From assembly GCA_951406725.2 (NCBI GenBank), contig OX597818.1, positions 119,164,001 through 119,228,000 of the forward strand: 64,000 nucleotides of DNA. Direction: 5' to 3'. This DNA comes from Octopus vulgaris. Lineage: Eukaryota. A model generated the notes under the pieces. That model was given only the letters and a program-made list of their open reading frames with translations. It was not told the origin of the DNA and did no database searches. The translations under genes were made by a program, and so were the position numbers. Shown here one piece after another: positions 13,495 to 26,960 of this stretch (the stretch's first letter is position 1; the number at the start of each line of letters is the position of its first letter).

Positions 13495-13896
13495 CTATTT
13501 CTTTACTACCCACAAAGGGCTGGACACAGAGAGGACGAACAAGGACAAACAAAGGGATTAAGTCGATTACATCGACCCCAGTGCGTAACTAGTACTTATT
13601 TAATCGACCCCGAAAGGATGAAAGTCGAATTCGGCGTAATTTGAACTCAGAAGATAACGGCAGACGAAATACCTATTTCTTTACTACCCACAAGGAGTTA
13701 AACACAGAGAGGACAAACAAGGACAGACAAACGGATTAAGTCGATTACATCGACCCCAGTGCGTAACTGGTACTTAATTTATCGACCCCGAAAGGATGAA
13801 AGGCAAAGTCGACCTCGGCGGAATTTGAACTCAGAACGTAACGGCAGACGAAATACCGCTACGCATTTCGCCCGGCGTGCTAACGTTTCTGCCTTC
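13495..13896 (-). mobile_element. SINE family B dimer (184-bp unit) with 19-bp target-site duplication
   Basis: CAGACGAAAT at 13661 and 13845; flanks GATAGAGGTATTTTGATAT (13476-13494) and GATAGAGGTATTGTGATAT (13897-13915). Confidence 0.9.
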
Positions 13897-15144
13897 GATA
13901 GAGGTATTGTGATATTTAGGGAGAGGTATGAAAGATTCATGGATGGATTTGCTAAATATGTAAAAAATGGTGAAATTGTGTTCGTTGCATAAGATTCTAC
14001 CTCCTGTAATCGATTTCGAAAAACTGAGAAGTAAAATTCTAATGTAATTTTGTGATAAAAAGAAAACTATTGAAATAGAAATTCCTTTTATGAAAAAAAG
14101 AGAAAAACTGTCGAAATGTAACCACTCGACTTCGGGCGTCGAGAGGACATTGCGCCTCATTTATACTCTTTCATATTTTCATTCGTTTCTTTTAGTTTTT
14201 TTCTTCTTATTTCATCTTCTTTTTATATTTTTAAGTTCCCCGAGTTTATGTTTATCACGTCTTGTATTTGTCCCATTCTTTGTATAGCCCCTTGTGGGTA
14301 ATAAAAAATTCACATTGTCAAATATATATTTTTTGTTTTAAGAAGATAGGGAGTAGAACTGCTGATTTCAGGAAAATGGGGCGGCCGCATAGACGATTCC
14401 CTTTTGGCTTATCTACAGCGTTTGCATTGAACTGCTGCTACATTGGGTCTCTAGATACCCATGGCTTCTTTGTTTAATTCGATTGTAATAATTGGTTTTA
14501 TAACACGGATGTAACGAAAATATATATTCACACACGAAATTTTAAAATGGTTTAGGCCTAATGAAATTTCAGCTAATGAACTAATATTACAGAAGCAATA
14601 TGTAGATATATGGTTAGAGTCGACGTATAAAAACCGGTGGATATTCTTATCTAATAGTTATATATTAAGACTAAGAAACTTAGCAAAAGACAAGCCGTAA
14701 ATTTATTCATGTTTACGGTGTTGAAAGCTCATGTTTTAAGCTTTTTACCAATTGAGAAGTATAAATCAAACAGTTTACGCTTATCAGTACCAAAATGTAC
14801 TACATGTAATATAAATAATTTAGCAGTATTAATTTTTCAGAATACAGTTGCTCAAAAGTGTACTAGAGCTGAAACGTAAAAGAACGAGTTTTAATTCATT
14901 TTCCGAAGTGATGAATGTACCGTTCGCCTCTCTCATTATTTATGTGACGATTTTCAAAGTACATTTAATTAACATGTGTTGAAGTGTAACCTTTGATTTT
15001 GAGGTGTAAATTAATAAATATAGATATTTTATTTTTTTGGAGTTAAAAGGTAAATAACTATAAATTATGGATGTTTTTTTTTCATTTCAAGTAATTTTCT
15101 GCCTCCGTCATTTTATTTTCAAAAGAAAAACTAAGTCGTATACG

Positions 15145-15245
<101 letters not shown>

Positions 15246-15327
15246 CAGAGGGAGTGAGAGAGAGAAAGCGAGATAATAGATAGACAGACAGACTGACAGA
15301 TAGACAGAAAAACAGACAGACAGATAA

Positions 15328-15377
<50 letters not shown>

Positions 15378-15458
15378 GCATACATACATATATATTATAT
15401 AAATATATATACATATACATATATATATATATATATACATACATACATACATACATAC

Positions 15459-15509
<51 letters not shown>

Positions 15510-15999
15510 ATATTCGCTTCCTAATTATCTAGGGTATGCAGATGTGTGTGTGTACATATGAAGACAGTTCAGAAAAATACAGATGTCTATGCGTGTATGT
15601 GTGTGTGTATATCAACTTAAAAGTATATGCGTGCTTGTTCGTGATTATTTTTTATGATTTTATAACTGTCAAACCACTGTATAAGTGTGCATTGTGTACG
15701 TATTACACGAGATTCAGCAAGGATTATTATGAGCTTCCATGATCATGAATAACAAAGATTACATCAGACCCAGCAACAGTCAGCATTATTATTTTTGACA
15801 AGGAAGCAGACATACCAGACATGCCAGACATACTAGACATATATGCTCGTCGGTTAACCTTGATTTAGCATAGTTGGTTGTTGAAAATGCTTAGTCTCAA
15901 ATTTTAATGGAACCAATGAAAGTAAGATATGTTGTAACATCAAGCTGTACTCTTGGAAAATTTTCATCACAGAGAAAAACAGATATATTCAAGATTGGA

Positions 16000-16608
16000 G
16001 CTGAGGTCGACTTTGCCTATCATCCTTTCGGGGTCGATTAGATAAGTACCACTTACACAATGGGGTCGATATAATCGACTTAATCCGTTTGTCTGTCCTT
16101 GTTTGTCCCCTCTGTGTTTAGGCCCTTGTGGGTAGTAAAGAAATAGGTATTATGTCTCTCTTTACGTTCTGAGTTCAAATTCCACCGAGGGCGACTTTGC
16201 CTTTCATCCTTTCGTGCTCGATTAAATAAGTACCAGTTGCGCAATGGGGTCGATATAATCGACTTAATCCCTTTGTATGTCCTTGTTTGTCCCCTCTGTT
16301 TGTAGCCCCTTGTGGGAAGTAAAGAAATAGGTATTATGTCTGTCTTTACGTTCTGAGTTCAAATTCCGCCGAGGTTGACTTTGCCTTTCATCCTTTAGGG
16401 GTCGATAAATTAAGTACCAGTTGCATACTGGGGTCGATCTAATCGACTAGCCCCATCTCCCAAAAAAGTTTGGGCCTTGTGCCTAGAGTGGAAAAGATTA
16501 TTTTTGGGGGTCGATAAATTAAGTACCAGTTGCGTACTGGTTTCGAATTAATCGACTAAACGCACCCTCCCCAAAAATTCCGGGCCTTGTGCTTAGAGTA
16601 GAAAAGAA
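16000..16608 (+). mobile_element. SINE family B tandem multimer (3-4 units, two alternative tails)
   Basis: GAGTTCAAATTCC..GACTTTGCCTTTCATCCTTTCGGGGTCGAT repeated; AAATAGGTAT junction at 16141 and 16325. Confidence 0.9.
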
Positions 16609-17092
16609 TATATATGTATGTATATGTGTGTGTATATGTAGATTTGCATGTACGCATATGCATTCACTTATTGATATATGCTTTCCTTTATGTGCCTGTG
16701 CGTGTGTGTGTGTATGTGTGTATATATGTGATTTCATTATGCATAGACAGCATCTTTCGACACTTTGAAATGTAAGGCACAGTGTTCTTCAATAAAAACC
16801 TAATTTTAGCTTCGCTATCAAAGTAAGCAACATATTTATCAGAGAATTTTTGAATTTTGAAACAAATTTCTGGTTTTCTTTGATTTTTGTCAAACACAAT
16901 AGACACCCGTATGCTGCTCGTAGAGAACCTGGCTGCTTGTACATATTAATAGCAAATAGATGCTAGCATTTATATGAATGGATTAGACAGTCTTTATCTG
17001 CCCATGGAACATCAAAATCTGCCGTTTAACACTACATTCCATGATAAGAATAATGCTTTATGAATATTAAAATAACTGTCTTGAAATACATA

Positions 17093-17578
17093 TCGGTCCT
17101 CCCATAAATAATGCGGTTTTTGTTTTTCAATTGCATGAACTAAAAGTCGGAATGAGACGGAGAAAAACTACCTACATCAACTTGCTGTTGAAGCAGGTAG
17201 TAATATTACCTTGTACTTATTCATAGTACAAGTTTCGAAGAGTGCGGCTGGATTTTAAAAGTTATGTTTTTTAAAGATATAATGGAAGTGACAAAAGAGA
17301 GTATTTGGCATAGTTTTCTTTATGGGTTCAATAAAGGCAACAACGCAACAGAAAGTGCGATGAATATTAATGCAGTATATGGGGATCGGACAATAAGCGT
17401 AAGTCAGAGTCACCGGTGGTTCCAGAAATTCCGAGCCAAATACTACAGCCAGAAGACGAGCCACGTCCTGGGTTATATGTAGAGCTCGACGAGGACGTTT
17501 TGCAAACCCTGGTAGAACAAAATCTCATCGTAAATGTTGAGGAACTAGCAGAGAAACTCGGATTTGGTCATTCAACCA
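17093..17578 (+). mobile_element. mariner 5' fragment (transposase N-terminal HTH, frameshifted)
   Basis: MEVTKESIWHSFLYGFNKGNNATESAMNINAVYGDRTIS...RWFQKFR, then EDEPRPG...VEELAEKLGFGHST. Confidence 0.85.
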
Positions 17579-17689
17579 TGTGTGAGTGTATTGAGTGTAT
17601 CTGTGTGTGTGTGTCTTTGAAGCATGTTTCCATATATCTATAGTTATATAGATAAGCACTGCTGATGAATATTCATAAAGTTATAGCGG

Positions 17690-17900
17690 CCAGCTGGCTG
17701 AATCACTACAACGCCAGGCAAAATGCTTAGCGGCACTTCGTTGCTCTTTACGAACTATAGTCAAATCCCACCAAGATCAACTTTGCTTTTCATGCTTTTG
17801 GCTCTCAATAAAACAAGTACCAGTTAAGTACTGAGGTTGATGCAATCGACATACCCGCTCCCAAGATATTGCTCTCCTTGTACCAACATTTCAAATCAAT
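17690..17900 (+). mobile_element. Old SINE family B copy
   Basis: CTGGCTGAATC head, CAACTTTGCTTTTCATGCTTT and AAGTACCAGTT. Confidence 0.7.
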
Positions 17901-18047
17901 ATTCATAAGCAGCTAAAATATTTGAAGGATAAACAGAACACGAAGAAAATGATATTTATCCACCCAGCAGAAAACTTTGCTAAAATATCGACCAGATTAC
18001 TCCAACGCAAATAATTTAGAATAGCCTTGGGTTGAAAGCCTGTATTA

Positions 18048-18103
18048 GCGCATGCGTGTATTTGTATATGACGTCATCCCGAAGCGCCGTGTCCCATATA
18101 AAG
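18048..18103 (+). promoter_or_regulatory. Promoter-like motif cluster (NRF1-like, CRE, TATA-like)
   Basis: GCGCATGCG 18048, TGACGTCA 18069, TATAAAG 18097; no downstream exon identified. Confidence 0.3.
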
Positions 18104-18974
18104 ATAAAAGGACAACCAGCTACTATTGGTATACAACATAAAATTAGTTATCGATTACCCTTGCAATCAGTGAAGGAATGTATGTTTTGATGAGAATAAT
18201 TGCGTATCGAATCTAAAGTTATATTTTATTCCAATCATTTGGTTTTCAATTTTGTTTTCGTTTCAGTAACATTTATTTTACTTATATAATCATTTTAACA
18301 TACATATCTGTATGTAGTACTTGTTTAACATCTTATAAGTTGTTCCGAGTTTCAGACTCGTTTTAGCAATCTTCAGCAGTTTGATTGATTGTTCGTTAGT
18401 TAATTAGTAACTTAGTTCGATATCATCCATCCCCGCCCTCTCCTTGATTAATAATTATTCGGCGTTCTTAGCTTTATGTTATTTTAAAAATTAAGTTAGT
18501 TTTTATTTTCTTCCTTTCCTTTCTTCCTCTACTGCGAATAGTTCTAGAAATAATACTACTAATAACAGGACAGACACCCTAACGACCACTACTGCTGCTG
18601 CTGCTACTACTACGATACTACTACTACTACTACAACCGCCACCACCACCACCGCTGCTGCTGTCAAAATAAGTTACTTTGGAACATCGCAGTACGAGTAA
18701 ACCATTGTACGAGTACTTTGCTGTACGAACCGAGACTCGTGAAAAGTTTTGTCTTGAATTACGAGCGAAATTCCGCAACACGAACACACGAAATCTTTCT
18801 TTAAGGTAATTCAGTTAATGAAACCAGTTTACATATTTCTTTTGCAATCTCGTTTTTATAATTGTAATTTTACTAGTAACTACACTTTTTCTCTTTTAAA
18901 ACCTACTAAAAAATTATTTTTGAGTGGATTTTTTCGGGGCTGGAATGGATTAATTATAATTTAGTTAATTTCAA

Positions 18975-19205
18975 TACTCTTTTACTCTTTACTTATTTCA
19001 GTCATTTGACTGTGGCCATGCTGGAGCAGCGCCTTTAGTCGACTAACTCGACCCCAGGACTTATTCTTTGTAAGCCTAGTACTTATACTATCGGTCTCTT
19101 TTGCCGAACTGCTAAGTTACGGGAATGTCAACACACCAGCATCGGTTGGGGAGACAAACACAGACACACAAACATATACACACACACATAGATACATACA
19201 TACAT

Positions 19206-19242
<37 letters not shown>

Positions 19243-19405
19243 CGACGGGCTTCTTTCAGTTTCCGTCTACCAAATCCACTCACAAGGCTTTGGTCGGCTC
19301 GAGGCTATAGTAGAAGACACTTGCCCCAGGTGCCACGCAGTGGGACTGAACCCGGAACCATGTGGTTCGTAAGCAAGCTGCTTACCACACAGCCACTTCT
19401 GCACC
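18975..19405 (-). mobile_element. SINE family A, full length
   Basis: Reverse complement of the 3492-3945 consensus. Confidence 0.9.
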
Positions 19406-20006
19406 TACACTAGAGAAAATTGACTTGTAAAACGAGTAAATCCTAGGACTAGCTCGGCCATGGAACGAATTAAACTCGTACTGCGCGGTATAGCTGTATT
19501 TGACACTATTTTTGCTTCGGTGTGTCTTCGTGTGTATGCATGTACAAGGGTACTGCATAAATGTGTCTGAGTTTGCATTCAGCATATGGGCATGCGTGTA
19601 TATATGTGTGTATGTGTGTGTGTGCGTATGTGTGTGCTTCCCTATAATATATAAAACTGTGTGAGCACTTGAGAGCTAGTAATTTGATTGTCATGTCATT
19701 AATATAGTTTTTGATGTAAGTATCGTTCAGACAAGCAAGTGACTACAAATTAAATGATAAGAGACCAAAATTTAGTAATAATTTAAAGGAAGCTGCCAGG
19801 AACAGCTTTTCATTATTTTCACCAATATATATGCTGCTTTGATTTCGCTGCACGTTCAACATCAATTGTCTCGATGTTTCGTAGCGTCCAAAAGCTTGGT
19901 TGAAATATTGTATGAACAGTTGTACGTAAACGTATCCTTGTGAGGTTACTAAGACCAAATTTATTTGTAAGATATAGCTACAAGATACGTTTCCATTATA
20001 TACATA

Positions 20007-20161
20007 GGCACAGGAGTGGCTGTGTAGTAAAAAGCTTGCTTACCAACCACATGGCTCTGGGTTCAGTCGCACTGCGTGGTACCTTGTGGATGCGGTTTCT
20101 ACCATAGCTTCGGATCAACTAAAGCCTTGTGAGTGGATTTAGTAGACGGAAACTGAAAGAC

Positions 20162-20213
<52 letters not shown>

Positions 20214-20440
20214 ATGTGTGTATTTATGTGTATAGGTGTTTGTTCCTGTTCATCGCTTGACAAGAGATGTTGGTGTGTTTACGTCCCCATAACTTAGCGA
20301 TTCGGCAAAATATAACGACAGAATAAGACCTAAGCTTACAGAGAATAAATCTGCGGTCGATCTGTTCAACTAAACGCCGTACCCCAGCTTGGCCGCAGGC
20401 AAATGACTGAAACAAGTAAAAGAAAAAAGATAAAAGAAAA
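20007..20440 (+). mobile_element. SINE family A, full length
   Basis: GGCACAGGAGTGGCTGTG head through GACTGAAACAAGTAAAAG tail. Confidence 0.9.
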
Positions 20441-20509
20441 TACTCACACGCACGCACACCCAAACACAGACGCAGAAACGCACACACACACACAAACACA
20501 CACAAGCGC

Positions 20510-20547
<38 letters not shown>

Positions 20548-20601
20548 ATAAAGGGTAAAAATCTATTCCACCAAGGGGTCAGCGCGTGTATAATTATTAA
20601 A

Positions 20602-20650
<49 letters not shown>

Positions 20651-21080
20651 CAGTAGTGGCCAAAATTAGAGAACGAAGATTTAAAATAAAGATATTTATT
20701 TTCTACATAATTTTTTTCGGAATGGGCTTTTTACTGCATATACTTTAAAGCATATTCGTTCTTTACAATAAATTTTGTAGGAAGTGGTTTATAACTAAAT
20801 AATTTACAATAGAATAAAAATGTTTCTTTGAAAAATGCAAGTTGGACAGAATAAGAGATCATTTGACATATAATTCAAGAAATCAAAATTTTGCCAGAAA
20901 CTTTCGCAATCCACATCAATATAATTAATATGTTTCATTCCTTCATTTTTAATGTCTTCAACACATCTCCAACCACAGGATTTGACCAATTTCTCACAAT
21001 GAGCTGACGTAAATTTATTCCATTCTTCCTGATATATTATAGATATATATTTATTCCATTCTTCCTGACATATTGTAGAT
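20651..21080 (-). mobile_element. Tc1-like transposon 3' end
   Basis: TA|CAGTAGTGGCCAAAATT terminus; minus strand QEEWNKFTSAHCEKLVKSCGWRCVEDIKNEG resembles a Tc1 C-terminus. Confidence 0.7.
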
Positions 21081-21742
21081 ATATATAATAAATCTATAGT
21101 ATATCTGTTCCGTACGTACAATTTATAATTTGGGTTATTTCTAACATCTTTATTAGATCATCGGAGGACATTTTATCACATTATGTTACACAGAATTATA
21201 TTATATAAGTCTGTGTCAATGCGTACATGTGCGTGTGAGTTTGTGTGCGTGTGTGTGTGTGTGCGTGCATGCGTGCGTACGAGAGATAAGTGTGTGTCTA
21301 TAGATAGATTGATTGATAGATTACTATGTCCAGCACACATAAATGAGGATGTGTTGACGGGAAATGTTTTCACTAATTATTCGAATCATTGATGTATATA
21401 GCCGCAAGCAAACGGATAAATTTGCCATCATAAACTTCCTCTATGTCAAGACAATAAACAGAATAAAAGCTTAGGGCCACACGAAGACAACAATTAAAAT
21501 GATAATAGTACGTATACAGCAAAACAAGCCCTATGGCTGCAAGACGGGACAAAATTGTGTAACGCAAAAGAGAAATGAAAGACTGCCCTAAAGAACTGTA
21601 GCCAAGGCAGAGGTAGAGTGAGAAGCTCAGAGAACCGTGACCAGTCCGTTCGAAGGCAAGGCGATAAAGAATGATACCGCTTGAGGCCGTCACGGATCAG
21701 GAGGTAGTCGGAGGAGGGTAATAGAGAAAGAGAGACAGCGAT

Positions 21743-21780
<38 letters not shown>

Positions 21781-21914
21781 GGAGTAAGAGAAGAAAAGTA
21801 AAGGAAAAAGACAGAAAATATCTTTGAATGAGTAAAGAATTAATATTTTCAGGATTAAATAAAAAGACAATAAACAGAAAATTTGACATACCTGTACACA
21901 CACACACACACATA

Positions 21915-22172
21915 TAAAATAAATGCGCCCTTTTAAAGCCTAGCTAGACTCATGGGCCCGGTTTCCCGGTTTCAATGGCGTATGTATTCCCCAGCTGTAC
22001 GGGATGCCAGTCCATCGCAGCGTTACTCATTTTTGCCAGCTGAGTGAACTGGAGCAACGTGAAATGGAGTGTTTTGCTCAAGGTCACAACGCGTCGCCTG
22101 GTCCAGGAATCGAAACCACAATCCTAGGATCATGGTGCGGAAAACACCAACCATTACGCCACGCGCCTCCAC
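21915..22172 (-). mobile_element. tRNA-derived SINE with CORE-like and V-domain-like segments
   Basis: Minus strand: GGAGGCGCGTGGCGTAATGG..GGTTTCGATTCC, TGTGACCTTGAGCAAAACAC, CTGCGATGGACTGGCATCCCG..GAAACCGGGAAACCGG. Confidence 0.8.
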
Positions 22173-22396
22173 ATATATATATACATACATATACATAATC
22201 AAAATAAACGTGTAGTAAAAAAAAAACATACGAACATATACTAAGGATACTGACGAACGGGAAACACAGAAGACCACCGAGTCCGCTTCAGTTATTGGCC
22301 AGAGGGTCAAGCGCAATTTCAGCCATTATCGATAATATTGTTTCTACACTGGAGGCACTAGCAAGAAACTTACCGGGAATGGGACCATCTTTATAC

Positions 22397-22479
<83 letters not shown>

Positions 22480-22482
<3 letters not shown>

Positions 22483-22668
22483 AGAGTTTACGAAAAAAAA
22501 AGACGAAGACAGGTGGTGTACAAAACCAACAGATGTATTAGTATAACGCTCAGGAATAGAAAAATGTCTTTTGCGTTTCGAGCCTACGCCCTTGTACAGA
22601 AAGGAACACAGAAAAAACAAGGAGAGAAAAAATGTACGTAGTGGCTAACGATCTATCATGGCGACTGA
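22480..22668 (-). mobile_element. Solo PLE pseudo-LTR with degenerate HHR (22567-22604)
   Basis: Reverse-complement homology to 53378-53590. Confidence 0.75.
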
Positions 22669-22971
22669 TATATATATATCATGGCGACTTATATATAATA
22701 TAATATAAATATATGCTTATAAACATACATATATGTACATACCTACATATATATGTATATATACATGCATATATGAATACAGGACATGAAAAACACGTAG
22801 GCACAATGACAAACGAGAACATAGAAAAAACGAAAACTTAGAAAACGACCTATTTTTCGGACAACTTAAAAACGAACAAACAAACAGAGAAACGAAACAT
22901 GCAACATAAAGAACATTCCCTTCCTCAGTTGTCCCCTGTTACATCTACTCCGCACACTCACATAAATATAC

Positions 22972-23131
22972 ATTTTTTTCTCTCCTTGTTTCTTTCTGCG
23001 TTCCTTTCTGTGGAAGAGCGTAGGCTCGAAACGTTAAAGACTTTTTCACTTCCCAAGCGTTATACTAATACATCTGCTTGTTGTCTACACCACCTGTCTT
23101 CGTCTTTTGTTTTTTTTTCGTGATTTCTCCC
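22972..23131 (+). mobile_element. Solo PLE pseudo-LTR with variant HHR (23003-23040)
   Basis: CTTT-CTGTGGA-AGAGCGTAGGCTC-GAAACGTT-AAAG; near-identical to 7900-8090. Confidence 0.8.
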
Positions 23132-23199
23132 TATATATATATATATAGTAGTACCTCGGTTTTCGAACAACTCTGATCAATCACGAACAAGTCGTGCTT

Positions 23200-23300
<101 letters not shown>

Positions 23301-24334
23301 GTGTATATTTGTAATTGTGTATGCGAGTAGAGGTACGCACAAGTATAGAGGGGAGATTTTGATAAACAGCGTACGTTAGATTCGTTACAAGGTGACAAAA
23401 TTTTACGATGATGATAATGGAATATATTAAACGAATCACCAACAAACAGCATAGTCAGTATTATCAATGGGAAGATGCTAGGTTTGTGTTCTCTGTACGT
23501 TCAAATTTGATTTATTTAGTATTGTAATTTATTCGCGTATTTAGTTAAATATATTCTTACCCTCACCCACTGTTCTTTTTGTTGTTGCTGTTGTTGTTAC
23601 TGCTGTTGTAGTTGCTGTTGTTGTTGCTGCTGCTGCTGGTGATGATGGTGGCGGTGTCATGGTCCAGCTAAGCAGTCTTGTATTGCTTTATCAGGTGGCT
23701 TTCACTAATTCCTGTATATTTCTATGTGTGTTGGCAAACATTTGTCCAGGCGTGGTTGGGAAAGTTTTCTTTAAGTAGTTAAATTCTACGAGTAACCACC
23801 GTGCAATGCGTTTCACAGTTTGTTTAACTGGCAAGCACTTTGCCAATGAATGTCTATTGTTGTTGGTGCAGCTATCACCTCAAGGCGTCGCCATCTTTGC
23901 ATCATGGCGTCACGGTTGGTGCCAAAGAACTAATGCAGATATTATAACGGATCATTCTGTCACTGGAGGTAATGTATTACAAGTGAGAAATACAATAATA
24001 AATAAACTCATACATGAGAGCAATTGTTCGTTGATATTGTTATTTACTAAAGATGAAGCTGATGCTGATGATAATGACGCTACAAATAATAATAATAATA
24101 CCAATAATAATAATGATAATAAGCTTATAATATTGCGGAAAGTGACACGGCGAGACCTCTGACAGCTGGTTGTTGTCCGTTTTCACAGAATCAACCAGAG
24201 AAAGTAAGACAGAGAGCTCTGAAAAGTAAAGTAATAATAATAACAATAATAATGATGATGATGATGATGATGATGATAATAATAACAATCTTTTCTACTA
24301 TAAGCACAAGGCCTGAAATGTGGCAGCTACGACA

Positions 24335-24560
24335 GTCGAACATAAAGGTTATCCCTATTGTCATCGGAGCATTGGGTTCAATACCACCCAATATGAAAAA
24401 GCAAAAATCTTAAAACCATTGAAATACCCTACAATCTAGATGTATTGCAGAAGACGGCATTATTTTAGAACTGCACTCATATTGTAGAAAGTACTGTCGG
24501 TCTGATGTTCTTGTTGAGACTTGACAAAGAGTACAGACCCCCCAGAAGACACAATATCTT
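24335..24560 (+). mobile_element. R4/Dong-type (restriction-like endonuclease) LINE 3' end
   Basis: IKVIPIVIGALGSIP...LDVLQKTAL..TAHIL.KVL. Confidence 0.75.
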
Positions 24561-24619
24561 CAATGAACAACCCCACGTTATTTTATATTGTGCGGGGGGT
24601 CGTTATGTCACAACAGATC

Positions 24620-25285
24620 ACTCTCACGGCGTACGCAAAAACAGACATAATTGAACGAAAGAAGAATACGATACACTTATTGAATGCCATGAAAGAAGAA
24701 AGCTGGAAAGAAGTCGCGGAGTAGGCCGACGTATTTTGAAATTTTAGATGGAAAAGGACATGTGTCCTATGTCAGAAAATGAACTAATGAATCAAGTGAG
24801 AGTAATTAGGAGAAAGCGCTACTTTACTGGAATAGAAATATCTCGGATTAGTGAGAGTTTGAGAGACCCTGCGAATGGGCTACAAAGGGTGGTCGGAATT
24901 GAAAACAGAGAGGACAGTAGACAGGAGGATCAGGGAAATGGTGATGGGGCTGTTAAGGATGAGGAACAGGATCGTTAAAAAGTGAACCCTGATACTGTAG
25001 TGGGTGGATATGCAGGAGAAATGAACCAACTATAGATTAAGATTGCTTGAAATTCAAAGACGACTCACCGACTTGATGAATACTCCAGAAGAAAAATTCC
25101 CCATGAATGTAGATAAGAATGTGATAAATAAACACAAAAGATAAATACTGCCAAATGGAGGACATAACACAAACAAGGAATCTTCTCCAAGCTATTGCAC
25201 TACTTGCTGAAGAGAAATTTCAACTTAAGAGAACAAAAAATGGGGAGCAATAGAAACATGGTGGAAACGACGCATTGAAAGGAAA
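24620..25285 (+). mobile_element. R4/Dong-type LINE N-terminal region, degenerate
   Basis: SENELMNQVRVIRRKRYFTGIEI and WWKRRIERK resemble Dong/R4 ORF N-terminal motifs. Confidence 0.55.
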
Positions 25286-25554
25286 TAACAACAAACAAGA
25301 TGAGGACAAAACCCGTCAAATGTAAATAATATAAATATTGTACATAATACCTCATCTTTTAAATGTAGAACTGTTTAAATTTCAATTTGTCAACGCCCAC
25401 CAATAGCTGATGCCAAAGACGATTGGCTAGAAAAATGTCAACAGTTCTTAATAGGTAACTGCGTGGGTATCCAGTGAATATTTAACCGAATTTTGTTATA
25501 TGTAGAATGGTTAAAATTGTGTACATTATATTTGTCCTCATCTTGTTAGTTGTC

Positions 25555-25600
25555 AACACAACGTTTCGGCTGATATATCTTCCAGCCTTCATTAGGTGTT
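25555..25600 (-). ncRNA. Minimal type I hammerhead motif
   Basis: AACAC-CTAATGA-A-GGCTG-loop-CAGCC-GAAACGTT-GTGTT; the inverted partial copy at 26172 keeps canonical CTGATGA. Confidence 0.7.
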
Positions 25601-25654
25601 TTGGAGAAATTTGGAACCTGGGTTCTCATTCCTAAGGTTTTTTCGATTTCATTA

Positions 25655-25725
<71 letters not shown>

Positions 25726-25739
25726 ATTATTATTATATA

Positions 25740-25990
25740 TTTGACTTTTGCTTTATATTTGTACAAGTTAGCTCCAAGTCTCACCCAGAGACCTCAAGGG
25801 ACAACAGGTTGGAAGTTCATGTTGTTGTTATGCCTAGTGTGCCATATATTTGTGGGGGTTTTTGTGTTATACATTTACTAGAATGTCCAAAAAAAAAAAA
25901 ACGAAAATTATGTTTGTTTTAAACCCTGAGATTACATAGAAAGTATTTTGCGCAAGATATGAGCAGTTCCCATGAGCACTATCTTTTTAT
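25740..25990 (-). mobile_element. R4/Dong LINE 3' end inserted in (AAT)n
   Basis: Minus strand KKIVLMGTAHILRKILSM* followed by a UTR and (TAA)n. Confidence 0.75.
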
Positions 25991-26842
25991 TATTATTATT
26001 ATTATTGTTGTTGTTGTTATTGTTGTTGTTGTTATTATTATCATTATTATTATTATCATTCAGGTCACTGCATAATCGAACTCAGAATCTTGGGATTAGT
26101 AGCTCGCACTCTTAACCTCTATACCATATGACATTAGAAATGAGAACCCAGGTTCGAAATTTCCCCAAGACACCTGATGAAGGTAAATTTTTATCATGTC
26201 TCATATATGTGAACGCATCTATGTATATTCCATACTGTGGAGAATTTCGATAATTTGAAATGGATTGAATGAATATATTCACTGACCTTTGAAATTTGTT
26301 TCTCTCTAAATTTTATATTCCCGAATCTCCATTAGAGCGCTAATTGGTTGAGCTGTAACAAGTGGATAACTATACCATTTATGCCTTCATTATGTATGTA
26401 TGTATGTATGTATGTATGTATGTATGTATGTATGTATGTATGTATGTATGTATGTATGTATGTATGTATTTATGTATAAAGATTATTTATCGCAAAATGA
26501 TACAATCATAACAGAGTCAATAATATACTGATCAAATTAGACACAGCGAAAGCAAGAAAGCCGAACAAAATATCAAGACAAAAAGACGACTTCGTATTTG
26601 TTGATTGAAACTTCAAACGACAGAATTCTCCAGCATCCACAACTCATGAAAGAACAACAAGGCTATATAACTAATCAAAGTGACTTGTGTAATTCATAGC
26701 ACAAGATTCTTCAAATGCTTCTAAAAGTATGTAGTATTTTTTCGGCCTATCGCATTTTATACTGGTTAAAAGGCACCTTTACTGCAAATATTTATCTATG
26801 CGAATATACGTATAAACAACTATATGTATATATACGTAGAAA

Positions 26843-26914
<72 letters not shown>

Positions 26915-26925
26915 CATACATACAT

Positions 26926-26960
<35 letters not shown>

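Larger units (their letters stand above)
25490..26183 (-). mobile_element. tRNA-headed, HHR-containing non-autonomous retroelement with 5' inverted fragment
   Basis: tRNA-like head 26132-26063, (AAT)n spacer, then TTAGGAATGAGAACCCAGG and an HHR at 25600-25555; an inverted copy 26133-26183 abuts the head. Confidence 0.65.

Noticed and set aside
16000-16608. Regularly spaced repeats resembling a CRISPR array
   Set aside because: Whole 184-bp units repeat with no unique spacers; eukaryotic SINE multimer
22245-22275. CTGACGA-ACGG-GAAAC
   Set aside because: No stem II, no UH site and no stem I pairing
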